Positions 49,000-59,689 of a stretch of 64,000 bases of DNA are shown one piece after another. How positions within the stretch are numbered: position 1 is the stretch's first letter; the number at the start of each line of letters is the position of its first letter. The notes beneath the pieces are model-generated. The model ran no database searches and was not told the origin of the DNA. It worked only from the letters and a program-made list of their open reading frames with translations. Position numbers and translations under genes: made by a program. The stretch is from IMG/VR virus record IMGVR_UViG_3300035502_000313, positions 96,001-160,000 of that record; one strand, 5' to 3'. Source of the stretch: a virus. Its lineage: Duplodnaviria > Caudoviricetes.

Positions 49000-49554
49000 A
49001 TGAAAAAGCCTATTTTTTATTATACTGAAGGTCATCCTCATTGTGATGATTATCGTATAGGACCACCGCCATGTTCTTCAGCTAGTACATGTCATCCTTG
49101 TACTCCTCCTGCTAAACCACAGCCATATTATCATGGTAAAGTAAGTGTAACAGGACGTACAGTACTTACGGTTAAATATCTAGATAGACATAATTACTAT
49201 CAGACATTTGATATCAGAGACGGTGAGACATATGAAATTACAGCAGTATCCTCTACAAGAGGTATCTGTAAATTTGCTGGTAGAATTGTTGATTTTGAGT
49301 GTAATAAAGGTATTGAAAAGCTTTTAGATAAGCCACATGAAATTACAATTTCTGCTCTTATTGTAGATTATTCTGATGCTTATGAAAGTAAGTTAATTAG
49401 AATGTATACAAACAATATTGTATCGATCAAACCTATTAAATGCTTTGACGGTGAGATGAACTATCCTACTGAATGTGACTGCGATTATAGCAGTCCTGAT
49501 TATGGTCATGAATGTCATCATGATGAAGAACCTATTTATGACCCATTCGAATAA
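49000..49554 (+). CDS. Late protein with Pro/Cys/His-rich ends, paralog of 22765-23151
   Basis: YEITAV..GI.KFAGRIVDF...VDYSDAYESKL. Confidence 0.7.
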   Translation: MKKPIFYYTEGHPHCDDYRIGPPPCSSASTCHPCTPPAKPQPYYHGKVSVTGRTVLTVKYLDRHNYYQTFDIRDGETYEITAVSSTRGICKFAGRIVDFECNKGIEKLLDKPHEITISALIVDYSDAYESKLIRMYTNNIVSIKPIKCFDGEMNYPTECDCDYSSPDYGHECHHDEEPIYDPFE

Positions 49555-49618
49555 TGTTTAATTATGCGTGGTGAAAGATAACTCTTTCACCATGCACTTA
49601 TTGAAAGGAGTTGCGTAT

Positions 49619-49852
49619 ATGAAAATTTTTGATAATCTTGATATGCGTAGTAATCAGATTACTAACGGTAAATTTGAGTCTGTAAGCATATTACCAACTT
49701 CTAATTTATTTAACGGAAGAATAGTATATAATGAAACCGACAATAAGTGCTATTATTATGATGGTACTAAAGGTAAGTGGGTTTATTGTGCTACTTCTGA
49801 GGATTTAGGAGATATATCTTCTGTTCTTGCATCTGTTGTGGAGGTGAGCTGA
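49619..49852 (+). CDS. Small tail-associated protein, paralog of the N-terminus of 53738-54424
   Basis: ATG 49619 behind AGGAG; [18 protein letters not shown]. Confidence 0.6.
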   Translation: MKIFDNLDMRSNQITNGKFESVSILPTSNLFNGRIVYNETDNKCYYYDGTKGKWVYCATSEDLGDISSVLASVVEVS

Positions 49853-49853
49853 T

Positions 49854-52439
49854 ATGCCTACTATTGAAGAACAACTCAAGGAATTAGTAAAACAGAAAAA
49901 TGCTTTGGTTGATAATTTAAATAATAAAGGTGTATCTGCTACTACAGACGAAAAGTTAAATACACTTGTTCCTAAAGTATTAGATATTACTACTGGTGGC
50001 GGAACAGATACTTCTGATGCTACTATAACATCAAGTGATGTATTATATAATAAGATAGCATATGGTGCTGATGGTAAAGTAATTGGTACTATCCCTATTC
50101 AAACGTCCAAAAACTATACACCTTCTAAGAGTGAACAAACGATTCCTGCTGGTTATTATTCAGAAGACCAGAAGATATACGGTGATGCTGATTTAATTTC
50201 AAGCAATATTAAATCAGGAATTGTTATATATGGAGTTAGTGGTTCATTCACATCTGATGGTACGGCTCAAAGTAGTGATATTTTATCTGGTAAGAAAGCA
50301 TATGTAAATGGTCAAGCTGTTACTGGTAATATTCCTTCTAAAGATGCTGAATCATATAGACCTACTACTAAAGACCAAACTATTTCTGCTGGTCAATATC
50401 TATCTGGTGACCAAACTATCAAAGGCGATGCTAATTTACTTTCAGAGAATATCAAAGCAGGCGTTTCTATATTTAATGTACCTGGTAAATATAGCGGTGC
50501 TAATATGTCTGATACAACTGCAACAACATATGATATCGTAAAAGGTAAAACAGCATATACAGCAGATGGTCTTATTACTGGTGTAATAGAACCTGTTGAT
50601 GATAGTGATTTAAATATAAGTCCTAGTATAGAAAAGAAGATTATATCAGGACCTAAAATAATTGAAGCTGATAAGCAATTGGTAGTTGATTCTGTGTCTG
50701 TAGATTCAGGTGATATTGCTTATGGAAAAACTGTATTTGGAGTATCTGGTGATTTCTCTTATACAAATACACCTGCTACTCCAGAAGAAGTTAAATTAAA
50801 TAAAACGTTCTTTGTAAATGGTGAAGAAAAAGTTGGTACTATGAAGACAATATCTGGTACTAAGATAATTCCAACTACTACAGCATTTACATCTGAATAT
50901 AATGCTTATATAGATAATCCTTATACTATACCTGCAGAGCCTAATCTAATACCAAGTAATATTAGAACTGGTGTTACTATTTATAATGTATCTGGTACTT
51001 ATTCAGAACCATCTGTTTCAGGTACTGGTGCAGAAGCTAATGAAATTGCTAAAGGTAAAACTGCATTTGTAAATGGTGAAGAGGTTGTTGGTACTGCTGA
51101 ATATGTAAATACAATTACATATGAAGCAAAAGAATATGATCAATCTATATCTGGTCCAAAATATATTCCAGATGGTGCTACTGTAACATTCCAAAAAGTT
51201 AATATAAATCCAGATACAATAGTATATGGTTATACAGTATATGGAGAAGCTGGTACATTCTCTTATACAGAAAATGTACCTTCTGCTGATCATGTTACTA
51301 GTGGTAAAGAATACTTTGCTAATGGTAAAAAGTATACTGGTACTATGAAGGAAACTGATGGTTATGAAATTACTCCTACTACAACAGATCAAACAACCGA
51401 TTCAAAAGTTTATCTAAATACACCATATACTATTAAAGGTGATAGAAACTTGGTTCCAGATTACATCTTAAAAGGAAAGACAATATTTGGAGTTGAAGGT
51501 GTATATGAAGCTTTAGATACATCTGATGCAACTGCTGATGCAAGTACTATTTTAAAAGGCTATACTGCGTATGTTAAGGGAGAGAAAGTTACAGGAACAA
51601 ATGAAAATCCTGATACATCTGATGCAACTGCTAATGCTGGTAATATATTAAAAGGATATACAGCATATGTAAATGGTGAGAAAATTACAGGTACTTTTGA
51701 AACAACTACTGAAACATTTGATCCTAAAAATCCTTATATGCCTAGTGATAAAGAAGTAACAATTGCTTGTGCCAATAAACAAGTAACTGCAAATATTGTT
51801 ATTGGAACTGATGCAAATCTTATTCCAGAAAATATTAAAAAAGATGTTACTATATTTGGTGTAACTGGAACTATGGAAGGTGAATCTGGATATGAAGAAC
51901 AGATTGTTTTCGAATGTCCTTTAGCTGAAACTGTAGACAATATTCTAAGTGAATATTTAAATATAGTTGTAGCAAAGAATAATGGAACATACTCTAACTT
52001 AGCAGCTTATGAATATGGTTTTGTATCTGCAGTATCATCTAGTAACAATAGTTATTTGAGTGGTATTTCATTCCTTCCATATGGAAATAGTGATTTTGGT
52101 TTTTATTTTAATACTTCTATAAAAACACATGAAGAAATGTTATTATCTATATCATATTACGAATCTACTTGGGTGAATAATACAATTACACTTCATTTAA
52201 TAGAATGTGATTCTATTAGTGAAATTCAAGATAAAATAAGTTCAAGTTCTTACGCATATTCCTTAGATTTAAAATTGGTTAACACTATGAACTCAACTGT
52301 AGCTAATGGTAGAACTAAAGTATTATTTTCACTTTCCAACTTGCCTGTGGGAACTTACTATTTATATATTGAAGGTACAAATGTTTCTGGTAACGATGCT
52401 GTACTAAATAGATTATCTATTATAGATGTAGAAGTATAA
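49854..52439 (+). CDS. Repeat-rich tail fibre / receptor-binding protein
   Basis: Repeated DATA..DI..GKTAYVNG..VTGT and GDANL..ENIK.GV.IFGV.G units with a distinct C-terminal domain. Confidence 0.7.
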   Translation: MPTIEEQLKELVKQKNALVDNLNNKGVSATTDEKLNTLVPKVLDITTGGGTDTSDATITSSDVLYNKIAYGADGKVIGTIPIQTSKNYTPSKSEQTIPAGYYSEDQKIYGDADLISSNIKSGIVIYGVSGSFTSDGTAQSSDILSGKKAYVNGQAVTGNIPSKDAESYRPTTKDQTISAGQYLSGDQTIKGDANLLSENIKAGVSIFNVPGKYSGANMSDTTATTYDIVKGKTAYTADGLITGVIEPVDDSDLNISPSIEKKIISGPKIIEADKQLVVDSVSVDSGDIAYGKTVFGVSGDFSYTNTPATPEEVKLNKTFFVNGEEKVGTMKTISGTKIIPTTTAFTSEYNAYIDNPYTIPAEPNLIPSNIRTGVTIYNVSGTYSEPSVSGTGAEANEIAKGKTAFVNGEEVVGTAEYVNTITYEAKEYDQSISGPKYIPDGATVTFQKVNINPDTIVYGYTVYGEAGTFSYTENVPSADHVTSGKEYFANGKKYTGTMKETDGYEITPTTTDQTTDSKVYLNTPYTIKGDRNLVPDYILKGKTIFGVEGVYEALDTSDATADASTILKGYTAYVKGEKVTGTNENPDTSDATANAGNILKGYTAYVNGEKITGTFETTTETFDPKNPYMPSDKEVTIACANKQVTANIVIGTDANLIPENIKKDVTIFGVTGTMEGESGYEEQIVFECPLAETVDNILSEYLNIVVAKNNGTYSNLAAYEYGFVSAVSSSNNSYLSGISFLPYGNSDFGFYFNTSIKTHEEMLLSISYYESTWVNNTITLHLIECDSISEIQDKISSSSYAYSLDLKLVNTMNSTVANGRTKVLFSLSNLPVGTYYLYIEGTNVSGNDAVLNRLSIIDVEV

Positions 52440-52458
52440 AGAAAGGAGGAAATAATAA

Positions 52459-53289
52459 ATGACTCTTATTTATGATAGTAATATCCCCTCTATTTCATGG
52501 GAAAATATAAAAGGTTCTATATATAAAATATACTTCAGGGAAGATATAACTCCTGTAAATGATACTAAAATATCATGTAATGAATATACAGTTGTTATGG
52601 AAATTGAAGAAAATGATGTAGATGAATATATTGAGAATAACAAAGAAAGTCTTCTTGAATTTGCGAAAGAACAAGATAAGATTAAAATAAATGAAAACAA
52701 AATCAATACAATGAAATCTTCTTTAACTAACTCGGATTATAAGGTGCTTAAAAATTTAGAGAATTTTATAATTGGTATTCCTTTTGAAAGTGACTTATCT
52801 ACAATATGTGCTAATAGACAATTAATGAGAGACTCAATCAATAATATCGAAAGTGATATTACTGCTGATGAAGATTTATTAGATCAAGCTAAAGAAAGAA
52901 AGATTAATGAGGTTAGTCTTATATCTCAATCTACAATTATAAATGGTGTAGACTTTAATGGAAAACATTATAAACTCAATACTACAGATCAGATTAATAT
53001 ATCTGCTTTGAACATGATGGCACAAATGGGAAATAAAGTTCCATACCATGCTGATAATGAAGTTTGTAGAGTATTTGAACCAGAGGAAATGATTCAACTT
53101 GCATCAGTAAGTACTCAATGGGTTGTGTATCATACTACATATTTCAACTTACTTAAACATCAAATTCTAGAATATACTACATTAGAAGAAGTAAATGCTG
53201 TATATTATGGAATAGAACTTAAAGAAGAATATCAGCAAGTAATCAATGCCATTACAAATATAGGTGGTGATACAAGTGAGGAAGAATAA
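52459..53289 (+). CDS. Tail fibre assembly-like protein (DUF4376-like C-terminus)
   Basis: DYKVLK, I.NG..F...Y.L...DQIN, YHAD..CR.F, YFN.LK..I. Confidence 0.6.
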   Translation: MTLIYDSNIPSISWENIKGSIYKIYFREDITPVNDTKISCNEYTVVMEIEENDVDEYIENNKESLLEFAKEQDKIKINENKINTMKSSLTNSDYKVLKNLENFIIGIPFESDLSTICANRQLMRDSINNIESDITADEDLLDQAKERKINEVSLISQSTIINGVDFNGKHYKLNTTDQINISALNMMAQMGNKVPYHADNEVCRVFEPEEMIQLASVSTQWVVYHTTYFNLLKHQILEYTTLEEVNAVYYGIELKEEYQQVINAITNIGGDTSEEE

Positions 53290-53722
53290 AATTTTCCAAT
53301 ATCTTTGCCTACTATATTTTGGCGGTTCTTCATATGTAACAATGGAAGTATTTTGGAGACAATACAGTCATTGGTCTATGTTTATTCTAGGAGCATTATG
53401 CTTTGTTATACTCGGTCTTATCAATGAGGTAATTCCTTGGAGAATATCTATAGAAGTTCAAGCATTAATAGGTTCTGGTATTATAACAGCATTAGAATTT
53501 ATCACTGGATGTATTGTAAACTTATATCTTGGATTGGATATATGGAATTATTCAGATATGCCGTTAAATCTATTAGGACAGATATGTTTACCATATAGTC
53601 TTATATGGATTTTTATAAGCGGTATAGCTATCATACTGGATGATTGTTTTAAGTATATCATATTTGATGAAGAAAAACCTTATTATTATTCTATCATATT
53701 TAGAAAGTATTTTTATTTATAA
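53264..53722 (+). CDS. Membrane protein (putative ABC type IV permease/DUF1113-like)
   Basis: GG..Y...E..WR.YSHWSMF..G, IT.LEF..G..VN, WNYS.MP.N..GQICL. Confidence 0.75.
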   Translation: MVIQVRKNKIFQYLCLLYFGGSSYVTMEVFWRQYSHWSMFILGALCFVILGLINEVIPWRISIEVQALIGSGIITALEFITGCIVNLYLGLDIWNYSDMPLNLLGQICLPYSLIWIFISGIAIILDDCFKYIIFDEEKPYYYSIIFRKYFYL

Positions 53723-53737
53723 AGGTAGGTGGTATTA

Positions 53738-54424
53738 ATGCAAATACTAACTAATATTAACTTAGAAAAGAATGAACTCTTAAATGCAATAATTCATAGA
53801 GTTACTTCTGACCCTACTGTAAATTCAAAGAATCAGGGTATGCTAATATATAATACTACTGATAAAAAATTAAAATATTATAATGGTACAGAATGGATTG
53901 TTATAGGAGCTAGTAGTGGTGGTGGTTCTATTAGTATAGATACAACTATCACTGATACATCTACTAACGATAATGCGGCTGGCTCAAAAGCTGTTGTAGA
54001 TTATGTAAAGAGTTCTATCAGTACATATTCTGCTGTAATAAATCAAATTAATAGTGTTAGTAATAATAGCGTATTGAAAGTCAATTCATCCGGTGCTGTA
54101 AGTGGAATCAGTGTAGATACTACAGTTACTAAAAATTCTACAAAACTAATTACATCTGGTGCTGTATATAATGCTATTAATGATGTAATTGCATTAAATA
54201 GAGTAATAGAGACTAATCCAAAGTTGACTAGTAGTTCAGGAAAAGCAACTTGGACTATATCTCTAGATCATAATAATAAAGCATTAGTACAGATATATGA
54301 AGTCAGTACAAATGAAGTAATTTTTGCAAGTATAAAAGATACTGCATCGTCAATAGAAATTACTTTTAATGGTGTTGATGGAAATATATCCGCTGGTACA
54401 TATAGTGCTGTTATTATTTATTAA
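53738..54424 (+). CDS. Tail-associated structural protein
   Basis: GMLIYNTTDKKLKYYNG..W; DTT.T..ST....S.AV repeats. Confidence 0.6.
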   Translation: MQILTNINLEKNELLNAIIHRVTSDPTVNSKNQGMLIYNTTDKKLKYYNGTEWIVIGASSGGGSISIDTTITDTSTNDNAAGSKAVVDYVKSSISTYSAVINQINSVSNNSVLKVNSSGAVSGISVDTTVTKNSTKLITSGAVYNAINDVIALNRVIETNPKLTSSSGKATWTISLDHNNKALVQIYEVSTNEVIFASIKDTASSIEITFNGVDGNISAGTYSAVIIY

Positions 54425-54438
54425 AAGGAGGTATTAAT

Positions 54439-55440
54439 ATGAAACAGAATGATTTCGATTTTGAATCTGTATTTATTGATAATGATAAACCTGAGATGGT
54501 TTTTGATACAACTAAAAGACCTGTACCACCACCATCTAAACCGGCAAAGTCTCCTCGTCAATACGATAGAAGACAAACAGTCATAAATAAGCCTTATTCT
54601 GACAAACCTATCCCTGGTCCATATGTTCCAGACTATGATTTGTCTATAGATACAAGTGCTCCTAATCCAGTTCCAAATACTTACTTAGCACCAGGTCATC
54701 GTCATTGCTGTCCTGATAGAAATATCATTCCTATGAAAGAAGAAGATGATGAATGTGGTTGCTATGTAACTAGACATGAACTTAATAAAGTTCTTGCTAA
54801 TATTGCTAGAGCAGATATCTTTAAAGATTTATCTGAGAATGGTACTACAACTTCTGTAGGTGGTATTAAGAAGGGTACTAAGTTTGATAAGCTTACATTC
54901 TCTAAACTTGTTAAACTAATGCTATATCCAGAAGTTAATACAGAAGATGATGTATATGCTTGCAAATCTCCAGATGGTAAGAGAACTATTCTAAACTCTA
55001 CTGTTAAATATCCTATTGGTGATTTAAAAGAGGGAGATTCTTTAGAAGGCATGACAGTTTCTCAGATTATTGAAGCCATGATTTGCGGAACAAATAAATG
55101 GGGAACTTATTTATGGAAAACTGATCTGATTACTGTAGCTGCTGGTACTACTACTATCGATGCCGAAGAAATTATTCCTAAGCTCGTTGAAGATTATGAT
55201 GTAAAACATAAGTATGAAATGTTAGTAGTATGTAAAGCTGAAGATAAAGAAAACGAAGAGACATATAAATATGATGAGATTATTGCTAAGCGTCATGATT
55301 CACATCAGAAAACTAATGTATCTATCGAAGGTGTTCCTTCTGACATTAAATGGAGTTATAATCCAGAAAGTAAGAAGATTACATTACATACAGATACAGA
55401 AACAACTGTAGATATTGCTATCGTACTTGTAAGAAGATAA
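54439..55440 (+). CDS. Putative structural protein
   Basis: Duplicated VGGIKKGT..F / IGDLKEGDSL motif; lies in a late operon. Confidence 0.55.
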   Translation: MKQNDFDFESVFIDNDKPEMVFDTTKRPVPPPSKPAKSPRQYDRRQTVINKPYSDKPIPGPYVPDYDLSIDTSAPNPVPNTYLAPGHRHCCPDRNIIPMKEEDDECGCYVTRHELNKVLANIARADIFKDLSENGTTTSVGGIKKGTKFDKLTFSKLVKLMLYPEVNTEDDVYACKSPDGKRTILNSTVKYPIGDLKEGDSLEGMTVSQIIEAMICGTNKWGTYLWKTDLITVAAGTTTIDAEEIIPKLVEDYDVKHKYEMLVVCKAEDKENEETYKYDEIIAKRHDSHQKTNVSIEGVPSDIKWSYNPESKKITLHTDTETTVDIAIVLVRR

Positions 55441-55539
55441 TCTAAAGGGAGAAGTTATATAACTTCTCCCGATATTTTATACTTTTCATCCTATAAAATT
55501 ACATCTTGAACTATTTAGTAAATTATAAATGTTAAGGAG

Positions 55540-56271
55540 ATGATTGATGTGGATACACCTAGCTTTATTAAAGTAAAAGGTGATTCTTATGTATTTGCTA
55601 ATGAAGGAACATTCAAATTCTATGTTCCTGAAAAGTATTTTTCTAATAAGCTCGCACAATTCGTAGGAGAATATATCTCACTATTTGGAATGTTATCTTA
55701 TGCAATTTTTGATAAGAATGACAAAGCTATTGGAAAACTAAGAACATTTAAGTTTCCAATCTCATTTCTGACTAAACCAGATGAGATTGAAGTTGTAAAA
55801 GGAATTACTTTAACGAGTAATAACAACCCTAGTGATTATAGAATTCTTAAATATCATAAAGATGGAGTAATCGTAGTAAATTATAATATTGCCGAAGACG
55901 CTGAGAATATTCAGCGTTGGTATTCTGCACTTGATACTGGTGCTTTACCTAATAATTTACCATATGATGAACTTCAAGATTACTTTCTAAGAAATATTCA
56001 ATTGACTGGTAATAAATACTCTGTTTCATTACAATTGATAGGAGTAGTTATTGGTGAATTATGTCGTTCTAGAAAGGATATTGATACTGCGTTCCGTCTA
56101 ACTGACTCAAATGATATGAATAATTATCAGTGGATATCCATTAGAGATATCCCTAAAGGAGTATCTCCATTTACTGCATTACAGTCCGAAGAATGGGACA
56201 AAGCTGTCATTTCTTCTATTATTGCAGACACTAATCGTGATTCTCCTCTTGAGAAAATTATGATGGATTAA
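55540..56271 (+). CDS. Possible stand-alone RNAP beta' C-terminal (clamp) fragment
   Basis: LIGVVIGELCR resembles HIEVIVRQMLR; SPFTALQSEE..AV..SI..SPLEKI resembles region H. Confidence 0.4.
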   Translation: MIDVDTPSFIKVKGDSYVFANEGTFKFYVPEKYFSNKLAQFVGEYISLFGMLSYAIFDKNDKAIGKLRTFKFPISFLTKPDEIEVVKGITLTSNNNPSDYRILKYHKDGVIVVNYNIAEDAENIQRWYSALDTGALPNNLPYDELQDYFLRNIQLTGNKYSVSLQLIGVVIGELCRSRKDIDTAFRLTDSNDMNNYQWISIRDIPKGVSPFTALQSEEWDKAVISSIIADTNRDSPLEKIMMD

Positions 56272-56393
56272 TGCAGATAACTTTTTAACATATTGATAAA
56301 AGGTCATGTAACAACCAGTTTATATGCCTTATATAAAAACACACATAAGATTAAACACACATTTTTAAAAATTTAAAAAGGAGGATAAAACAC

Positions 56394-59300
56394 ATGAGTA
56401 GATATCCTGGCACACAGTTTAAAGTGTACGATAATTCTCAGGCTACAGCTATTGTTCCTGTAACCAATGTGAATGCAGATGACACTGTCAAGTATCTTAC
56501 TTCCTTTGCATCAGTAAAGGGTCCTGAGAGAATTACTCTTACTTCTGGTGACGATTTCTATACCAGATATGGCACTCAGGATAATATAGACTTTAAAAAA
56601 TATGGTCAGCCGTTATTTCAGGCTTCCATGAATATTAATAATGGTGCTGCCCTTCTTGCAAAGAGAGCTGTATTAGATGACGCAACTCTTGGTAATGCTA
56701 CATTAGGTGTGGTTCTTACAAAATATAAAAATGCTAAAATCGAAAACTATAAAGATAGTAACGATGTTACTCATTCTGATAAGATTGGTAGCATTTCTTT
56801 TTCTGAAAAAGTTTATTCTAAGTATTCTTTAGCTCCTATAGTTTTTAGTATAGATAATGTAAATGATTATTCAAATGCTATTCAAATTGTAGATGAATAC
56901 AAGGAAAGATATGATGCATATAAAGATTACATTACTGATGTAATTTCTAATGAAAATACACCTGATAAAACATTCCTTAATAAATTATTTAATAAGGGTG
57001 AGGATTCTGATAAGATCCTTAGTGGTTTTACTCAGTCTATATACTATGATTCAGAAGATAAAGTAGTTGATGTATTCAACGATGGTAAAACTTCTGTTCG
57101 TAAGGTAAGTAGTATTACAACTGGTATTTATAATTCTAATCAAAAAACATATTCATCTAATTTTACTATTGATGATATTACAGGTGATAATGCATCCAAA
57201 GAAACTTCTATTGATGCAACAAATACAATTAATAGTGTAAAAGATGCATTTAAAGATACATCTTTATGGAAAGCTAGTAAAGATGATGATAGTGGGAAAA
57301 TAACTTGGGAAAAGATTAGTACTGAAGTAACATTTGCAAATGTTTTTGATAAAGAAATTTCTATTGATAGAATTTTCAATTATGATGTATCTAGTAAATC
57401 TGATAGTGAAATTTCAGCAAAATTAATTGATGATGTTAGTGCTAAACATCCTGAATGGTCAGAAGATGATTATAGCTTAGGTGATGAATATGCCCTAATA
57501 ATTCCTGGTGTTAAAGTTTCTGGTTATAGCACTACTGCAAGACTTCTAAATGATATTATGGTTGAACATAGTGGTTATATTGAATGTGAATATGTATTCC
57601 CTCTGTTTACTATATTCGATAATGGTCGTGGCGAATCTGTCAAGTCTATTGGTATTGAATATGATTCTGCTACTTCTGTAACTCTTAAGAAGGCAGTTTA
57701 TTCATTATCTATCTATAACTATGCTACGGCTAAGAGACTAGAGAAGTTCTCTTTCTCGTTAAATCCTTATGCTCGTAATAATAGTACAGGTTATTCATTT
57801 GATATTGAATCTGCAGTAAACTATGTTTCTGAACAAGTTAACGTTAAGACATATTATGAATCTTATGATGCACTTCTTGAAACACTTCAGGAAATCTTAC
57901 AGTCTACGGATGATACATTAATTGAAAACAATGATATTTTGTTTGGTCATAATCTAAACGGTAAATATCCTGCATATAATTCATACTATACATCATCTAT
58001 GCTTAAGAGAAGTACATATGTTTATGACTATGCACATCTAGATATTTTTGATGATGATACTCTTACTGTAAATGCTTACTGTGATAGTGATAATATGACA
58101 AGTACTATATCTAATTTAAAGGTTAAGTACTATTTCTATAACTATATCAGACAGCAGAAGAGTCTTTTAGAAAGACTTGAAATGGGTTCGAATGGTTACT
58201 ATCTTGGAAGATCTACTGATAGATCAGAACAGGCTACTGATGTTGTACCATTTATTGTTATTGACGATACAGATACAACACTAGGTGATGATTCTTCGAC
58301 TATTTCTATGTCTACCATAATGAGTTTGACTGGTCAGACCAATGGTGCTGTTATTTCAGATGTAACTGAAGATGTAGAATCTTCTGATATAACTTATAAA
58401 CCTATAATTCAGAGCAACTTCATTGAATTTAAAGTTAAGTTAGCTAAAGCTTTAATATACAAAGATGGAAAACTTGATAGTTCTGGCGGTGATAATGGTA
58501 TAGTATATATTACATCAAATGATAAGACATTATCCAGAAGTGATGTAATATCTGCTGAAAGTGATGATACTGGAAAAATAACTGGCACAGTTCCAGCTGC
58601 ATTTTCAGGTTATGTATTAGCATATAATTCTAAGAAGAAGTCTTATGATTATACTGCTATTACAATCTGGATACCACTATCTACTGATTTCTTATATCAA
58701 GAACAGTATAGAAGATTCTTTGCCGGTGAATTCGATAGAGATATCTTTAACCTTGATATTTACTTCCCTAATGCATTATTTGATGCAAACTACTCTGATT
58801 CAACTAAACTTGCAATCCAGAGACTTGCTGCATATAGAGGCGACTTTATGTGCTATATGGATATGGGTGTTAATAAGATATCTAGCTATGCAGATTGCTA
58901 CGAAAGAATCCCATCTACAACAGGTGGTCTTGAACTTACTGAAGATGATAATGAATATAAATATATCAGAGATATGCATATTGCTGTAACATGCTTGTCA
59001 TACAAGATTAGAAATCCTTATGATAACAAAGTAATTTCTGTAACAGCAACTTACGGATTATCAAATCTATATATTTCTCACTTCTTAGATGATGTAGGTA
59101 AGGTATTTGCTGGTATTTCTAATAATATTACTATCAATAATATTCTTGAGGGATCGGTAAGTTACATTCCTAAGATTTATCCTACAAGTGAAATGACATC
59201 ATTAAATAACATTGGTGGTGTATATCCTTCTGATGATGAAACTATTATCAATGAAAAGCAGCTTATGTGTGATCTAAGAGTTAACTACGGTTGCTATTAT

Positions 59301-59672
59301 GATGATAGATTCTCTATCGAAACAGAATATACTATGAATGCTGCTGAAAGTGAATTCTCTTATTGGAACAATGTGGCACTTGTTTGTCTCATGATGCAGT
59401 CCATTAGAAAGGCTTGCCCATCTGCAAGATATCAGTTCATTACTTCTGATGATCTTACTGTATATCAGAATGCAGTTGAAACAGCAATGAAGCCTTGGAA
59501 GAATAAGTTCGCTAGCATCTCGTTCAAGTATGTTCAGGACGATACTGCTATTGAAAACAAGATTTTCTATGCTGCTATTGAAGTTGTATTTAAGCCATTT
59601 GCTCAGGCAGAAATCTTCGAGCTTACAGCACTTAACTACTCAACTCTATCTAGCAGTGTAACAAGTATTTAA
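56394..59672 (+). CDS. Tail sheath protein with large insertions
   Basis: N-terminal YPG...YDNS, F.S.KGP, F...YG; C-terminal LAAYRGD...D.G, IEVVFKPF. Confidence 0.8.
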   Translation: MSRYPGTQFKVYDNSQATAIVPVTNVNADDTVKYLTSFASVKGPERITLTSGDDFYTRYGTQDNIDFKKYGQPLFQASMNINNGAALLAKRAVLDDATLGNATLGVVLTKYKNAKIENYKDSNDVTHSDKIGSISFSEKVYSKYSLAPIVFSIDNVNDYSNAIQIVDEYKERYDAYKDYITDVISNENTPDKTFLNKLFNKGEDSDKILSGFTQSIYYDSEDKVVDVFNDGKTSVRKVSSITTGIYNSNQKTYSSNFTIDDITGDNASKETSIDATNTINSVKDAFKDTSLWKASKDDDSGKITWEKISTEVTFANVFDKEISIDRIFNYDVSSKSDSEISAKLIDDVSAKHPEWSEDDYSLGDEYALIIPGVKVSGYSTTARLLNDIMVEHSGYIECEYVFPLFTIFDNGRGESVKSIGIEYDSATSVTLKKAVYSLSIYNYATAKRLEKFSFSLNPYARNNSTGYSFDIESAVNYVSEQVNVKTYYESYDALLETLQEILQSTDDTLIENNDILFGHNLNGKYPAYNSYYTSSMLKRSTYVYDYAHLDIFDDDTLTVNAYCDSDNMTSTISNLKVKYYFYNYIRQQKSLLERLEMGSNGYYLGRSTDRSEQATDVVPFIVIDDTDTTLGDDSSTISMSTIMSLTGQTNGAVISDVTEDVESSDITYKPIIQSNFIEFKVKLAKALIYKDGKLDSSGGDNGIVYITSNDKTLSRSDVISAESDDTGKITGTVPAAFSGYVLAYNSKKKSYDYTAITIWIPLSTDFLYQEQYRRFFAGEFDRDIFNLDIYFPNALFDANYSDSTKLAIQRLAAYRGDFMCYMDMGVNKISSYADCYERIPSTTGGLELTEDDNEYKYIRDMHIAVTCLSYKIRNPYDNKVISVTATYGLSNLYISHFLDDVGKVFAGISNNITINNILEGSVSYIPKIYPTSEMTSLNNIGGVYPSDDETIINEKQLMCDLRVNYGCYYDDRFSIETEYTMNAAESEFSYWNNVALVCLMMQSIRKACPSARYQFITSDDLTVYQNAVETAMKPWKNKFASISFKYVQDDTAIENKIFYAAIEVVFKPFAQAEIFELTALNYSTLSSSVTSI

Positions 59673-59689
59673 GAAAGGAGGAATGACTC

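Noticed and set aside
49565-49618. GTG start at 49568
   Set aside because: It lies inside a strong hairpin (TGCGTGGTGAAAG/CTTTCACCATGCA); ATG 49619 has the RBS
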